64,000 bases of DNA from Mobula hypostoma (taxonomy: Eukaryota), in the NCBI RefSeq assembly GCF_963921235.1, contig NC_086109.1, positions 7,504,001-7,568,000 of the forward strand, written 5' to 3'. A program made the position numbers and the translations under genes. This document shows positions 1 to 11,439 of this stretch, one piece after another. The first letter of the stretch is position 1; the number at the start of each line of letters is the position of its first letter. The notes below the pieces were generated by a model. It saw only the letters and a list, made by a program, of their open reading frames with translations. It ran no database searches and was not told the origin of the DNA.

Positions 1-110
1 GCGCAACGCTTTTCAAATGCTTCTTTCATCTTCTCCAACTGAGTAATACCGCAAGTAGCCTTTTCAGCGTGTCTTTTACAGAAGTGTTCCTGCAGTCTTG
101 ATGGTTTCAT
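1..110 (-). mobile_element. hAT (Buster/Charlie-type) transposase N-terminal fragment, runs off the window edge
   Basis: Minus strand from the ATG at 110 reads MKPSRLQEHFCKRHAEKATCGITQLEKMKEAFEKRC, resembling the MKPSxLxxHxxxxH end of the BED finger in Buster-family transposases. Confidence 0.55.
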
Positions 111-115
111 GTCAG

Positions 116-385
116 GCACTCGGACGTAGAAGGATTCTTCATTGCTGTTTCCATAACAGTTCTCTGTGGCCAGTCGGGGTTGTTAGCCCTGAGCTGAACC
201 CCCAAACCTGGAGGAGCTGTGAGCCACTTTTACTCTGACATCTACCCTTTGACCCCAGTTTGGCATAGGTGACCTTACGAAGAGTCAAACCACAAGCCCC
301 TGACTCCAGCCAGCATGGCTCTCCGGGTCACTGAGCCACACAAGCCTCCAAACCCAACAACAAGGTTGTGGTGCTCCTGGAGGAG
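116..385 (-). mobile_element. RTE-derived non-autonomous element (Rex3/Expander-like 5' end), partial copy
   Basis: Aligns by eye with copies at 9670-10098 and 30697-31141. Minus strand starts TCCTCCAGGAGCACCACAACCTTG...GGAGGCTTGTGTGGCTCAGTGACCCGGAGAGC. Confidence 0.6.
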
Positions 386-814
386 TCTGTTCACATGTTC
401 ACGTTTATTTAAGTTTGATTATTGACATTTAAGCATGTGACCGTTCTGCTAATTGTTGACTGGTCATGGCTATTTGCACTGATATCTTGTAAATTATTGG
501 TTGCTATTGTGTTGTCTGTTGTGGTATTGTCTTGTGTTTTATGTTTGGCACCGAACCACAATCATTTCTGAAAAGTTTCACCTACTGGCAATGAAGAGAT
601 TCTGGTTCTGATTCTGATCTGACAGCTGGCACACTGCAAAGCATTGTGCCAACTGCTACACTACCGTGCCACCATCACCAAGACAGCAGTTATTATCCAG
701 TTCCATCTGCCCTCGAAAGGTGGGCTGGTGGGTCACCAAGTTGAAGCACTGTAGAGCTTCTGGTGAAGATGCTTCCGAGGTGTCGCTGGGGAAGGAAATC
801 CTGGATTTTGACCC

Positions 815-1065
815 TTACTTTCCTCTCCTATCAGATGCCACTATCTCCAGCCCTTTGTCAACTTCACCCATCACCTCCCAGTGTCTGTCACTATTCTCAC
901 TCCCGCCCCCCTCGCCTGGATCCACCCATCACCTCCCACCTGTCACTATTCCTGCTCTCCCCTCCTCCATCTATCACCTCCCATCACCTGGGTCTACTAT
1001 CACCTGACAGTTCTTGCCCCAGCCTCTCCCATCATCTCTTTGTCCTGGCTATCTCCCTCTATCTG
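815..1065 (+). mobile_element. Penelope-like element pyrimidine-rich tail fragment
   Basis: CTCTCCTATCAGAT...TCTCCAGCCCTT...CTATCACC matches the spacer at 14760-14886 and the PLE tails at 27430 and 49810. Confidence 0.45.
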
Positions 1066-1119
1066 ATTGAAGGGTTGGCTGGGGAAAGGGTGATTAACTC
1101 TCTGTACCTGGCGGGGGAT

Positions 1120-1470
1120 GCAGTGCTGTTGACATCTCAAGGAATCTATCCTGGACCAGTATATTGATGAAATTATGAAGAAGGCATGGTGGGGGCTGTT
1201 CTTCATGTGGAGCTTCAGGAAGTTTGGTGTGTCCCAAAGATACTTCCAAATTCCTGTGGAGAGCATCCTGATTGGTTCCATTACTGTCCGGCACAGACAT
1301 GCCAATAGACAGGATCGGAAAGAGCCACAGAGAGCCGTGGATACAGCCAGCTACGTCACGGGTACTAGACCCCCACTATCAAGGACCTCTGCAAAAAATT
1401 TTGCCTCAAGAAGGAGGCATCAATCATCAAGGCCCACCACCATACAGTTGTGCCTTCTTCTCACAACGAG
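1120..1470 (+). mobile_element. Degraded Rex1/Babar-type LINE 3' ORF fragment
   Basis: Translation KKAW..LFF...FRKFGVS...VESILIGSITV...DRK..QRAVDTA parallels the better copy at 23130-23500. Confidence 0.6.
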
Positions 1471-1933
1471 CATCAAAGTTCAAAGTAAAATTATTATCGA
1501 AGCACATATATGTCATGACATGCTGCCATGAGATTCATTTTCTTGTGGGCATTCACAGGAATTAGTGCAAAAAATCAATGAAAGACTGCACCCAACAGGA
1601 TGGAAACAACCAGTGTGCAAAAGACAACAAATTTTGTAAATACAGAAATAAAATAACAGTTAGAGTAATATGACAGTGATAATAAACCAGATTCTGATCC
1701 TCTCTCTCAGTCCAGGTGAAGGAGGCAACAACAGTCCGTTTCCTCCCACTGTCGCTGCTGAGCTCCTCCAGCAACTCTTTTGTTGACCCAGGTTCAGTCC
1801 TGACTTCTGATGCGGTTTGTGTGGAGTTTCCACATTGTCCAAGTTAATAATTGCCCACGGTAAGTTGCCCTTGTTGTGTGTAGGTGAGGGGCATATTGTG
1901 TGGAGAGGTGACAGTGGGACAGGTGTGAACCTA

Positions 1934-4900
1934 CACCCAGAGGCCACTTTATTAGGTACACCCGTACTCCTGCTCGTTAATATAAATATCTAATCGGCCA
2001 ATCATGTAGCAGCAACTCAATGCATAAAAGCATGCAGACATGGTCAAGAGGTTCAGTTGTTGTTCAGAACAAACATCAGAATGGGGAAGGCAGGTGATGG
2101 GGCAAATTTGTAGCCATTGGGATGAGCTGCAGTGCAATAAAGTTGCAGCAAAATCAAAGCAAAAAGTATCAAATACTGGTCTTAAGATGTTGTACTTAAA
2201 TGCACGCAGCATAAGGAATAAGGTGGATGATCTTGTTGTACAGCTACAGATTGGCAGGTATGATATTGTGGCCATCACTGAGACCTGGCTAAAGGATGCA
2301 TGTCTCTGGGAGCTGAACGTCCAAGGATACACGGTGTATCGGAAGGATAGGAAGGTAGGCAGAGGGGGAGGCATGGCTTTATTGGTAAGAAATGATATTA
2401 AATCATTAGAAAGAGGTGATACAGGATCGGAAGGTGCAGAATCTTTATGGGTTGAGCTAAGAAATCGCAGGGGTGAAAGGACCCTGATGGCAGTTATTTA
2501 TAGGCCTCCAAACAGCTGCAGGGATGTGGACTACAAATTACAACTGGAAATAGAAAAGGCTTGTCAGAAGGGCAGTGTTATGATAACTGTGGGGGATTTT
2601 AACATGCAAGTAGATTGGGAAAATCAGGTCAGCACTGGATCTCAAGAGAGAGAATTTGTAGAATGTCTGCGAGATGGTTTTTTAGAACAGCTTGTTGTTG
2701 AGCCTACTAGGGGATCGGCTGTACTGGATTGGGTATTGTGTAATGAACCGGAGGTGATTAGAGAGATAGAGGTGAAGGAACCCTTAGGAGGCAGTGATCA
2801 TAACATGATTGAGTTCACTGTGAAATTAGAAAAAGAGAAGCCGAAATCTGATGTGTCGGTATTTCAGTGGAATAAAGGAAATTACAGTGGCATGAGAGAG
2901 GAACTGGCCAAAGTTGACTGGAAAGAGACACTGGCGGGAAAGACAGCAGAGCAGCAGTGGCTGGAGTTTATGCGAGAAGTGAGGAATGTACAAGACAGGT
3001 ATATTCCAAAAAAGAAGACATTTTTGAGTGGAAAAAGGATGCAACCATGGTTGAGAAGAGAAGTTAAAGCCAAAGTTAAAGCAAAGGAGAGGGCATACAA
3101 GGAAGCAAAAATTAGTGGGAAGAGAGAGGATTGGGAAGTTTTTAAAACCTTACAAAAGGAAACCAAGAAGGTCATTAAGAGAGAAAAGATTAACTGTGAA
3201 AGGAAGCTAGCAAATAATATCCAAGAGGACACTAAAAGCTTTTTCAAGTATATAAAGAGTAAAAGACAGGTGAGAGTAGATATAGGACCGATAGAAAATG
3301 ATGCTGGAGGAATTGTAATGGGAGATGAGATGGCAGAGGAACTGAACAAGTATTTTGCATCAGTCTTCACTGAGGAAGACAGCAGGATACAGGACACTCA
3401 AGGGTGGCAGGGAAGAGAAGTGTGAGCAGTCACAATTACGACAGAGAAAGTACTCAGGAAGCTGAATAGGCTAAAGGTAGATAAATCTCCCGGACCAGAT
3501 GGAATGCACCCTCGTGTTCTGAAGGAAGTAGCTGTGGAGATTGTGGAGGCATTAGCGATGATCTTTCAAAAGTCGATAGATTCTGGCATGGTTCCGGAGG
3601 ACTGGAAGATTGCAAATGTCACTCCGCTATTTAAGAAGGGGGCAAGGAAGCAAAAAGGAAATTATAGACCTGTTAGCTTGACATCCGTGGTTGGGAAGTT
3701 TTTGGAGTCGATTGTCAAGGATGAGGTTACAGAGTACCTGGAGGCATATGACAAGATAGGCAGAACTCAGCATGGATTCCTTAAAGGAAAATCCTGCCTG
3801 ACAAACCTATTACAATTTTTTGAGGAAATTACCAGTAGGCTAGACAAGGGAGATGCAGTGGATGTTGTATATTTGGATTTTCAGAAGGCCTTTGACAAGG
3901 TGCCACATATGAGGCTACTTAACAAGATAAGAGCCCATGGAATTACGGGAAAGTTACATACGTGGATAGAGCGTTGGCTGATTGGCAGGAAACAGAGTGG
4001 GAATAAAGGGATCCTATTCTGGTTGGCTGCCGGTTACCAGTGGTGTTCCGCAGGGATCAGTGTTGGGGCCGCTTCTTTTTACATTGTACATCAACGATTT
4101 GGATTATGGAATAGATGCCTTTGTGGCTAAGTTTGCTGACGATACGAAGATAGGTGGAGGGCCGGTAGTGCTGAGGAAACAGAGAGTCTGCAGAGAGACT
4201 TGGATAGATTGGAAGAATGGGCAGAGAAGTGGCAAATGAAGTACAATGTTGGAAAGTGTATGGTTATGCACTTTGGCAGAAAAAATAAACGGGCAGACTA
4301 TTATTTAAATGGGGAAAGAATTCAAAGTTCGGAGATGCAACGGGACTTGGGAGTCCTCGTACAGGATTCCCTTAAAGTTAACCTCCAGGTTGAGTCAGTA
4401 GTGAAGAAGGCGAATGCAATGTTGGCATTCATTTCTAGAGGAATAGGGTATAGGAGCAGGGATGTGATGTTGAGGCTCTATAAGGCGCTGGTGAGACCTC
4501 ACTTGGAGTACTGTGGGCAGTTTTGGTCTCCTTATTTAAGAAAGGATGTGCTGACATTGGAGAGGGTACAGAGAAGATTCACTAGAATGATTCCGGGAAT
4601 GAGAGGGTTAACATATGAGGACCGTTTGTCCGCTTTTGGACTGTATTCCTTGGAGTTTAGAAGAATGAGGGGAGACCTCATAGAAACATTTTGAATGTTA
4701 AAAGGCATGGACAGAGTGGATGTGGCAAAGTTGTTTCCCATGATGGGGGAGTCTAGTATGAGAGGGCATGACTTAAGGATTGAAGGGCGCCCTTTCAGAA
4801 CAGAAATGTGAAGACATTTTTTTAGTCAGAGGGTGGTGAATCTATGGAATTTGTTGTCACGGGCAGCAGTGAAGGCCAAGTCATTGGGTGTATTTAAGGC

Positions 4901-5455
4901 AGAGATTGATAGGTATCTGAGTAGCCAGGGCATCAAAGGTTATGGTGAGAAGGCAGGGGAGTGGGACTAAATAGGAGAAAATGGATCAACTCATGACAAA
5001 ATGGCGGAGCAGACTCGATGGGCCGAATGGCCTACTTCTGCTCCTTTGTCTTATGGTCTTATGGTCTTATGGAAATGGATCAAAATGACTCTGACCGTGG
5101 AATGATTGTCGGTGCCAGATAGGGTGGTTTGAGTAACTCAGAAACTGCTGATCTCCTGGGATTTTCACACACATCGGTCTCTGGTGCGAGAAACAAAAAA
5201 AAAATCCAGTGAGTGGCAGTTCTGTGGGCGAAAATGCCTTGTTAATGAGAGAGGTCAGGGGAGAATGGCCAGACTGGTTCAAGCTGACAGGAAGGTGACA
5301 GTAAGTCAAATAACCGTGCGTTACAACAGTGGTGTGCAGACGAGCATCTCTGAATGCACAACATGTTGAACTTGAAGTGGATGGGCTACAGCCCCAAGAG
5401 ACCATGAACACTCATTCATGGTAGCCACTGTACTCAATAGAGTGGCCGCTGTGTG
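1934..5455 (+). mobile_element. Tc1-derived non-autonomous DNA element, split by a CR1 insertion at 2090-5072
   Basis: TA + TIR CACCCAGAGGCCACTTTATTAGGTAC at 1932. The sequence ATGGGGAAG (2081-2089) resumes as AAATG at 5073, as in uninterrupted copies (ATGGGGAAGAAATG). Remnant transposase N-terminus SSEWQFCGRKCLVNERGQGRMARLVQADRK. Confidence 0.8.
2090..5072 (+). mobile_element. CR1 LINE, near full-length ORF2 (APE endonuclease + RT), inactivated
   Basis: APE motifs YLNARSI, AITETW, GDFN, SDH; RT motifs [37 protein letters not shown]. Stop at 3423, frameshifts near 3990 and 4160, stops at 4692 and 4808. Tail (TCTTATGG)n. Confidence 0.95.
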
Positions 5456-5914
5456 CATGCTTGGTAATCCGTGCAGACTCAGTGAGCTGCAGGGCCTGTT
5501 TCTCTGCGGCAATCCCTGGCTAGGAGACGTACAGGATGTCCGGAGAGAGTTGCTAAATAACTGCTGGAAAACATGTCAGTCTCTGTCAATGCTCCCCCCC
5601 AGGATGAGACAGTCTTTTCTAACTAATCTGCTCTGATCGAGATCAACTTGACACAAGCTGGATCAACCTGGCAGCCACGATTCCTGATGCTTGCATGAAT
5701 CTAACTCAACATAGACTGAAGGTTTGATTGAAAGTCGTCTTATTTGTTTGTCTCATTGTCAGACGCATTTAACGGATGAGCAAACATGGCTGGGCAGCAG
5801 CTTAAGGAATTGATTTTGCCTAGTTATGTGTTAGGAGAGGAGAGTAAGATCGCGAGACTGAGTATTTCAGGGTCTGCGTCTGTTTTGTGGTATTTACTGC
5901 TGTTATGTATGGAG

Positions 5915-6900
5915 AGTCTATGGGGTGCCCAGCGAGGGGGAGCTCCTCTGGTGAAGGGGCTTGTCACGTTCATTCTGGGGCAGCTCACTCACCTTTGGTC
6001 CCCACCGGACATTCAGCTCTCATCCGTGGCTCCAAGCACCTGTTTGCCCTCGGGTGAAAACAGCAGGCTGGTATCACACCCCAGTGAGAGAGAGAGACAC
6101 CCCAGTGAGAGAGGGCCACCCCAGTGAGAGGGGGACACCCCAGTGAGAGAGGGACACCCCAGTGAGAGAGGGACATCCTAGTGAGAGAGGGACATCCTAG
6201 TGAGAGAGGGACACCCCAGTGAGAGAGGGACATCCTAGTGAGAGAGGGACACCCCAGTGAGAGAGGGACATCCTAGTGAGAGAGGGACACCCCAGTGAGA
6301 GGGGGACACCCCAGTGAGAGAGGGTCACCCCAGTGAGAGAGAGAGACACCCCAGTGAGAGAGGGCCACCCCAGTGAGAGAGGGACATCCTAGTGAGAGAG
6401 GGACACCCCAGTGAGAGAGGGCCACCCCAGTGAGAGAGGGTCACCCCCAGTGAGAGAGGACCCACCCCAGTGAGAGAGGGCCACCCCAGTGAAAGAGGGT
6501 CACCCCCAGTGAAAGAGGGTCACCCCCAGTGAGAGAGGGCCACCCCAGTGAGAGAGGACCCATCCCAGTGAGAGAGGGCCACCCCAGTGACAGCGGGACA
6601 CCCCAGTCCGAGCATGTGAAGTCAGTTCTGGTGGCTGAGATTGACAGGCATATCCAGCAGCCATGGAAAGCATTTCTGCAGTGTTTTGTAGAGGGGGAGA
6701 CCATGACCAGGCACAGAAGACATGGTTATCCACTGCAACCAAGGAAGACCCCCGTTGTGATGGCCGCTCGTACCACTGGACCCGGACTTCTGAGGTCGAG
6801 AGAGTGGAACCTCCCAGTGCAGTGGCTTCTCCACTGTAAAAAACTCTCCCGCACTGGCTCCCTCATGCAGATCACATCAGGCTGAGCTGCACAAATCTGC
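5915..6900 (+). mobile_element. Non-coding interspersed element (probably RTE 5'-UTR derived) carrying an internal minisatellite
   Basis: Colinear with 21035-21530 (CCTCTGGTGAAGGGGCTTGTC ... ATCCACTGCAACCAAG ... TACCACTGGACCC ... AAACTCTCCCGCAC). Confidence 0.65.
6075..6607. repeat. Minisatellite, 19-20 bp unit CCCCAGTGAGAGAGGGACA, about 27 copies
   Basis: Directly visible tandem array with unit variants (ACATCCTAG, GGCCACCCC, GGTCACCCCC). Confidence 0.97.
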
Positions 6901-7049
6901 CATCAGTGGATACGATGGGCAACCAGTCAAGTCGGTTCACGTGTCAATATTGCTTTAGAGAAAAGCAAGGTGGGTCCAGAAAACAATAAAATGAATCAGC
7001 AGAGGCACCCCCTTCTCACTCAGGCGCCTGAGTGATATCTGACACACAC

Positions 7050-8265
7050 AGCAGTAGCTGTGTAATCACCCGAGTCGAGTGTGATGTTCTCCTGAGGGGT
7101 TGATTCTCGGTGGGCTCTCAGGTGACTGTAGAGGCCGAGCCGGGATCCACATGCTCTGGTGCAGTGTGGGCCTGGGCCGAGCCGGGATCCACATGCTCTG
7201 GTGCAGTGTGGGCCTGGGTACGCGGTGGCTGTGCTTAGCGGCTGGGTCTTTTGGCTGCTCAGCTTCTCCAATTGCAGCTGCCGCGTGTTCTCTGCAGCAC
7301 AGCGGAGATCGCTCACGTGTAGTGCAGCCCCCTCTTGAACAGTTTTCCTCCAGGTTCGCCTATCGAGTGCAAAGTCCTCCCAGCTTTTAGATGTAGTGTT
7401 GAATTTTGTTGGGTGTCGGGGTGGAGATTCTCTCTACCAAAGGAGGTGTAAGGTGCTCCTACCCTCTGCTAGCCTGCAGGTCACCCTTGGGCAAGGTATA
7501 GCACCTGCTTAGCCCCCCGATCAGGGTCACATGAAGCCATGGGGGCAGGTGGTGGAATGTTGTATGAGCCGCTGGTGCATATCACAAGTCCTGGTTATGT
7601 GACCACTGACACCAGGCAGATAATCTCTGAAGAGTATTGGTAATGGCTGGGGTCACCCATCTTGTAGAGTCACTGCCCAGAAGAAGGCGATGGCAAACCA
7701 CTTCTGTAGAACAATTTGCCAAGAACAATCATGGTCATAAGACCATGATCGCCCATGTCATACAACACGGCACATGATGATGGTGTCATACGACACAGCA
7801 CATGATGATGGTGTCATACGACACAGCACATGATGATGATGTCATATGACACAGCACATGATGATGATGTCATATGACACAACACATGATGATGATGTCA
7901 TACGACACGGCACACAATGATGATGCTGATGATGGAGTTGAATTTTTTCAGGGCTAATTCTGACATTATCTTTGAAACATTTCCTTTACTCACCGGGGGG
8001 TTCACTGACCTTCCTTCCACTGGGAGCAAAGCATCAGTTTGGGGAGACGTGAGCTCAGCATCTGAATGATGTGGCTCATCCATTGGAGTTGGCGTTGCTT
8101 TATCGAGGTGGAGATGCTGTTCGTGTTAGCCTCCTCCAGGACGCTGGTGTTAGTGTGGCTGTTCTTCTAGCTAATCCTCAAAATGTGCCACAAGGTTCTT
8201 TGGCGGTGTTGTTTCCAGGGTTCTCAGTACCCCAAGCTCAGAGAGCATACACCAAGTCCACAATG
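7050..8265 (-). mobile_element. RTE-clade LINE 3' part with C-terminal zinc-finger-like motif, split by an insertion at 7411-7930
   Basis: Minus strand reads ...TNTSVLEEANTNSISTSIKQRQLQWMSHIIQMLSSRLPK... and PHCTRACGSRLGLYSHLRAH. An exact 42-bp tandem duplication lies at 7133-7216. Confidence 0.8.
7411..7930 (+). mobile_element. RTE-derived short element (Bov-A/Sauria-SINE-like 3' block) with a 28-bp tandem tail
   Basis: AGAAGAAGGCGATGGCAAACCACTTCTG...TTGCCAAGAA block; tail (CATACGACACAGCACATGATGATGGTGT)n at about 7757-7930; diverged flanking direct repeat GATG..GTTGAATTTT; sister copies at 61548 and 63435. Confidence 0.75.
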
Positions 8266-8944
8266 TAAAGAGAAAGACGAAGATTTTGTGGCTCAGATGG
8301 CACTGAGCTGTGACCTCCGTTGAGGTAATAGCTCAGATTTTGTCATTTCATGGGTTCATAAGGATAGGTTTTGGGGACGGAGACTGGAATTACAGGTCTG
8401 GTTAGGGTTTAGGAAATGGGATCTGGGAGAATTAGAGGACAGACCAGAGTCTGTGCCTCCACTTTGTGTCTGAAGGCCAGCAACGTGGATACGGTCGGAC
8501 GTTGGACCAGCAGACCATTGGGACAAGGGCAGGTGGCCCCCACAGGACAGTGAATTGTTGGTGGGTTTCCAGATTGGAGTTCTGTGCAGGCAGGAGGCAT
8601 GAGTGCTGGTGAACCCCTCGTACGCAAATCAGTGAGACTGAAGTTCGAGGCCTAGTGTTTGGGTCCTGTCATCAGCGAATCCAGCATTCGAGGCCTGAAG
8701 TTTGAGTCCTCGTTCATCAACATCAGCAAGTGCTGGATTAATACCGAAGATCAAAGCCCCAAGTCTGCAAGTCCATTGAGTAAGTTGAAGGCCTCAATAT
8801 CTGTGAATCCGCAAGTCTGCTGGGGACTGGATGCTGAAGAGGGCCTATCCTGGGGATAGAGTGTGTTGAGAGGAAGGACCAGGGCTTGTTTCATTGTAGT
8901 TGTTTAATCACTTGTGGAGCTCTGGTTTATTGCGTTCTGAATGT

Positions 8945-9335
8945 CGAAGACTGAGGGGGGATTTGATAGAGGTATACAAAATTGAGGAGTATAGATAGGG
9001 TAAATACAAGCAGACTCTCTCCACTGAGATCGGATTAAAATAGAACTAGAGGCCACATGGGTTAAGGGTGAAGGGTGAAATGTTAAGGGGAACATGAGGT
9101 GAAACGTTTTCACTCAGAGGGTGATGAGAGTGTGGAACGAGATACCCATGCAAGTAGTGGATGCGATTTTGATTTCAACACGTAAGAGAAGTTTGGCTGG
9201 GTACATTGATGGGAGGGGTATGGAGGCCAATGGTCTGGATGGAGGTAGATGGGAATAGGCAGTTTAAATGGTTCAGCATGGACTTGATGGGCCGAAGGGC
9301 CTGTTTCTGTGCTGTACTTTTCTATGACTCTGCAG
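8945..9335 (+). mobile_element. CR1 3' end fragment
   Basis: GGGGGATTTGATAGAGGTATACAAAATT ... GGGCCGAAGGGCCTGTTTCTGTGCTGTAC, typical of CR1 3' ORF/UTR. Confidence 0.8.
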
Positions 9336-9412
9336 TACTTTGTCGCACATATGTAGTGAACTATCATCACAAAATGACAATGCCACTGGAGGGAGGTTTG
9401 TGATCATTCATG

Positions 9413-10270
9413 CAAGAGATTCTGCTGTTCTGGAAATCTAGAGCAATACACACAAAATGCTGGAGGAAGTCAGCGGGTCAGGCAGCATCTACGGAAATTA
9501 GTGAAGTGTTGATGTTTCAAGCCGAGACCTTCTATCAGGACTGGAAAGAAAGGGGGAAGAGACCAGAATAAGAAGGTGGGAGAGGGGAAGGAGAATAAAT
9601 GAAAAGGTGATAGGCAAAGTCAGGTGAGAGAGAAAATTGGTGGGTGGAGGAGGGGGTTGAAATGAGAATCTTACTCACTTACTGCCGGTTACACAGCTTG
9701 AGTTTAGGACAGCAGTGAAGGTCCTCCATCTCTGGCGGGGTTCAGGGCTTCCTTCATCACCTCAGTAGCTTCTTCTTGGTTTTCACTACTGTCGGTCATG
9801 CAAGTTCCGGGCGGAGACTCAGGAATACCGTTGCACTCAGGTGCAGAAGGATTCTTCTTTGCTGGTTCCATAACAATTTTGTTTTGCCAGTCTGTGTTGT
9901 TAGCCTTGTGCTGAATCCCCGAACCTGGAGGGCCAGTGGACCACTCTTAGTTTGATCTCTACCTTTTGACCTTTTTGGTATGGATGACCCTACCAAAACC
10001 CAAAGCATAAAGCTCTGACTCCAGCCAAAGTAGCTTTCCGGGTCATTGAGGCACACAAGCTTCCAAACCCAATGACCAGGTTGTGGTCCTCTTGGAGGAA
10101 GAAGGTGACTGGTTAAAAGGTAAAAGGGCTGGAGAAGAAGGGATCTGATAGGAGGGCAGATTTCTACATTCTTCTCCTTTTCTTCCAGTCCTGATGAAAG
10201 GTCTTCGCCTGAAACATCGACTCTTGATGGTGCCTGACCTGCTGAGTTCCTTCAGTGCTTTGTGCGGTGA
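9413..10270. mobile_element. Penelope-like element tail in fold-back arrangement (minus copy then plus copy), interrupted at 9670-10098
   Basis: 9413-9660 and 10100-10160 are the reverse complement of the PLE tail; 10165-10270 is the forward tail with CTGATGAAAGGTCTTCGCCTGAAACATCGACT. Confidence 0.7.
9670..10098 (-). mobile_element. RTE-derived bipartite non-autonomous element, near-complete copy
   Basis: Rex3/Expander-like 5' part joined to an RTE-type 3' end (AGATGGAGGACCTTCACTGCTGTCCTAAA...GGCAGTAAGTGAGTAAG on the minus strand). Confidence 0.7.
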
Positions 10271-10679
10271 TTAATCACAGATTTTTGGCAAACATCTTGA
10301 ATGCTAGTCTACACAGAGATTAGATTCAAAGATCAACATGGTCTTGAAAGGAGAGATATGGGCAATGAGCTGCACGGTTAGGATTCTATTTTACCTTGTT
10401 TAGCTTTACAACGTACAGAGAGCCAGTGATATTATCAAATGGTTGTGAGGCTCAGCAGGGTGGACTGCTCCATCATTTTGTCCACACTCAGGAGAAAATG
10501 TGAAGGTTTATCAAGCGAAATGTTTAGCCAATAAAAACTAAGTAATTATGCGCAACTTTTTGGAACATAAACTTCAATCTGATGTGATTACGATTTCTAA
10601 TCTGTTAGAAATGTTGTAACTCCCTGTTGCTGGAAAATGATGCAACTTCACATAAAACAGGGTAAGGCACAACTTCAAC

Positions 10680-11025
10680 CCAAGAGATTCTGCAGATGCT
10701 CAAAATCCAAAACAACACACACACAATGCTGACAGAACTCAGCAGGTCAGGAAACATCGATGGGAATGAATAAATAGTTGATGTTTCAGGCCAAGACCCT
10801 TCATCAGGACTGGAGCTAATTCCTGGGATGAGAGGGTTGTCCTGTCAGGAGAAGCTGGACAATTTGGGTCAGTGTTCCTTGGTTTTTAGAAGAATGAGAA
10901 TGATCTTATTGGAACCTTCAATACCTATGCACTGACTCTTTATTCCTCTCCATAAATGCTAAGTTTCTCCAGCATGTTGTGTGTGTTACTCTGGATTTCC
11001 GTATCTGCAGAATCTCTGGTGTTTA
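10680..11025. mobile_element. Inverted pair of PLE tail fragments around a short CR1 fragment
   Basis: 10680-10813 is the minus tail with hammerhead core; 10815-10920 is CR1; 10932-11025 is the plus tail. Confidence 0.6.
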
Positions 11026-11439
11026 GGACCTAAATGGTAGGGAAATGTTGGCATGTTTTCTTAGTGAGAGAGTCGCCTTCAAGAAGAGCTAACTACAAAA
11101 TAAGGGACCAAAATAAGGATCCCATCAAGACTGAAGGGTCTCAGAAGAAACCTAGACTGCATATTCATTTCCATAGACGCTGGCAGACCTGCTGAGTTCC
11201 TCCAGAATTCGGTATGAGTTACAAAGCACATTCTTTTCAAACAACAGAATTTGAGATGAGCTCAGCATTGCATTCCTCTCCAATCTCCCTTGGAAACAAT
11301 TGAGTTCAGTTAGCTGTTCAGATCAATGGTTGCAAAACATCTCAAAACTCTTCATATAACAGAACAAATTAATTATTCACTTTAATGACAGTGAATGTAT
11401 GTTAAATATTCCACCATGCATTCATTGAATAATATACAG

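Noticed and set aside
2040..3425. 461-aa ORF as a host gene
   Set aside because: It is the CR1 endonuclease/linker region with an N-terminus borrowed from the flanking Tc1 element, ending at a premature stop.
6075..6607. CRISPR-like array or repetitive protein
   Set aside because: Units are head-to-tail with no unique spacers in eukaryotic DNA; the ORFs are by-products of the repeat.
7757..7930. Independent 28-bp tandem array
   Set aside because: It is the reiterated 3' tail of the RTE-derived element.
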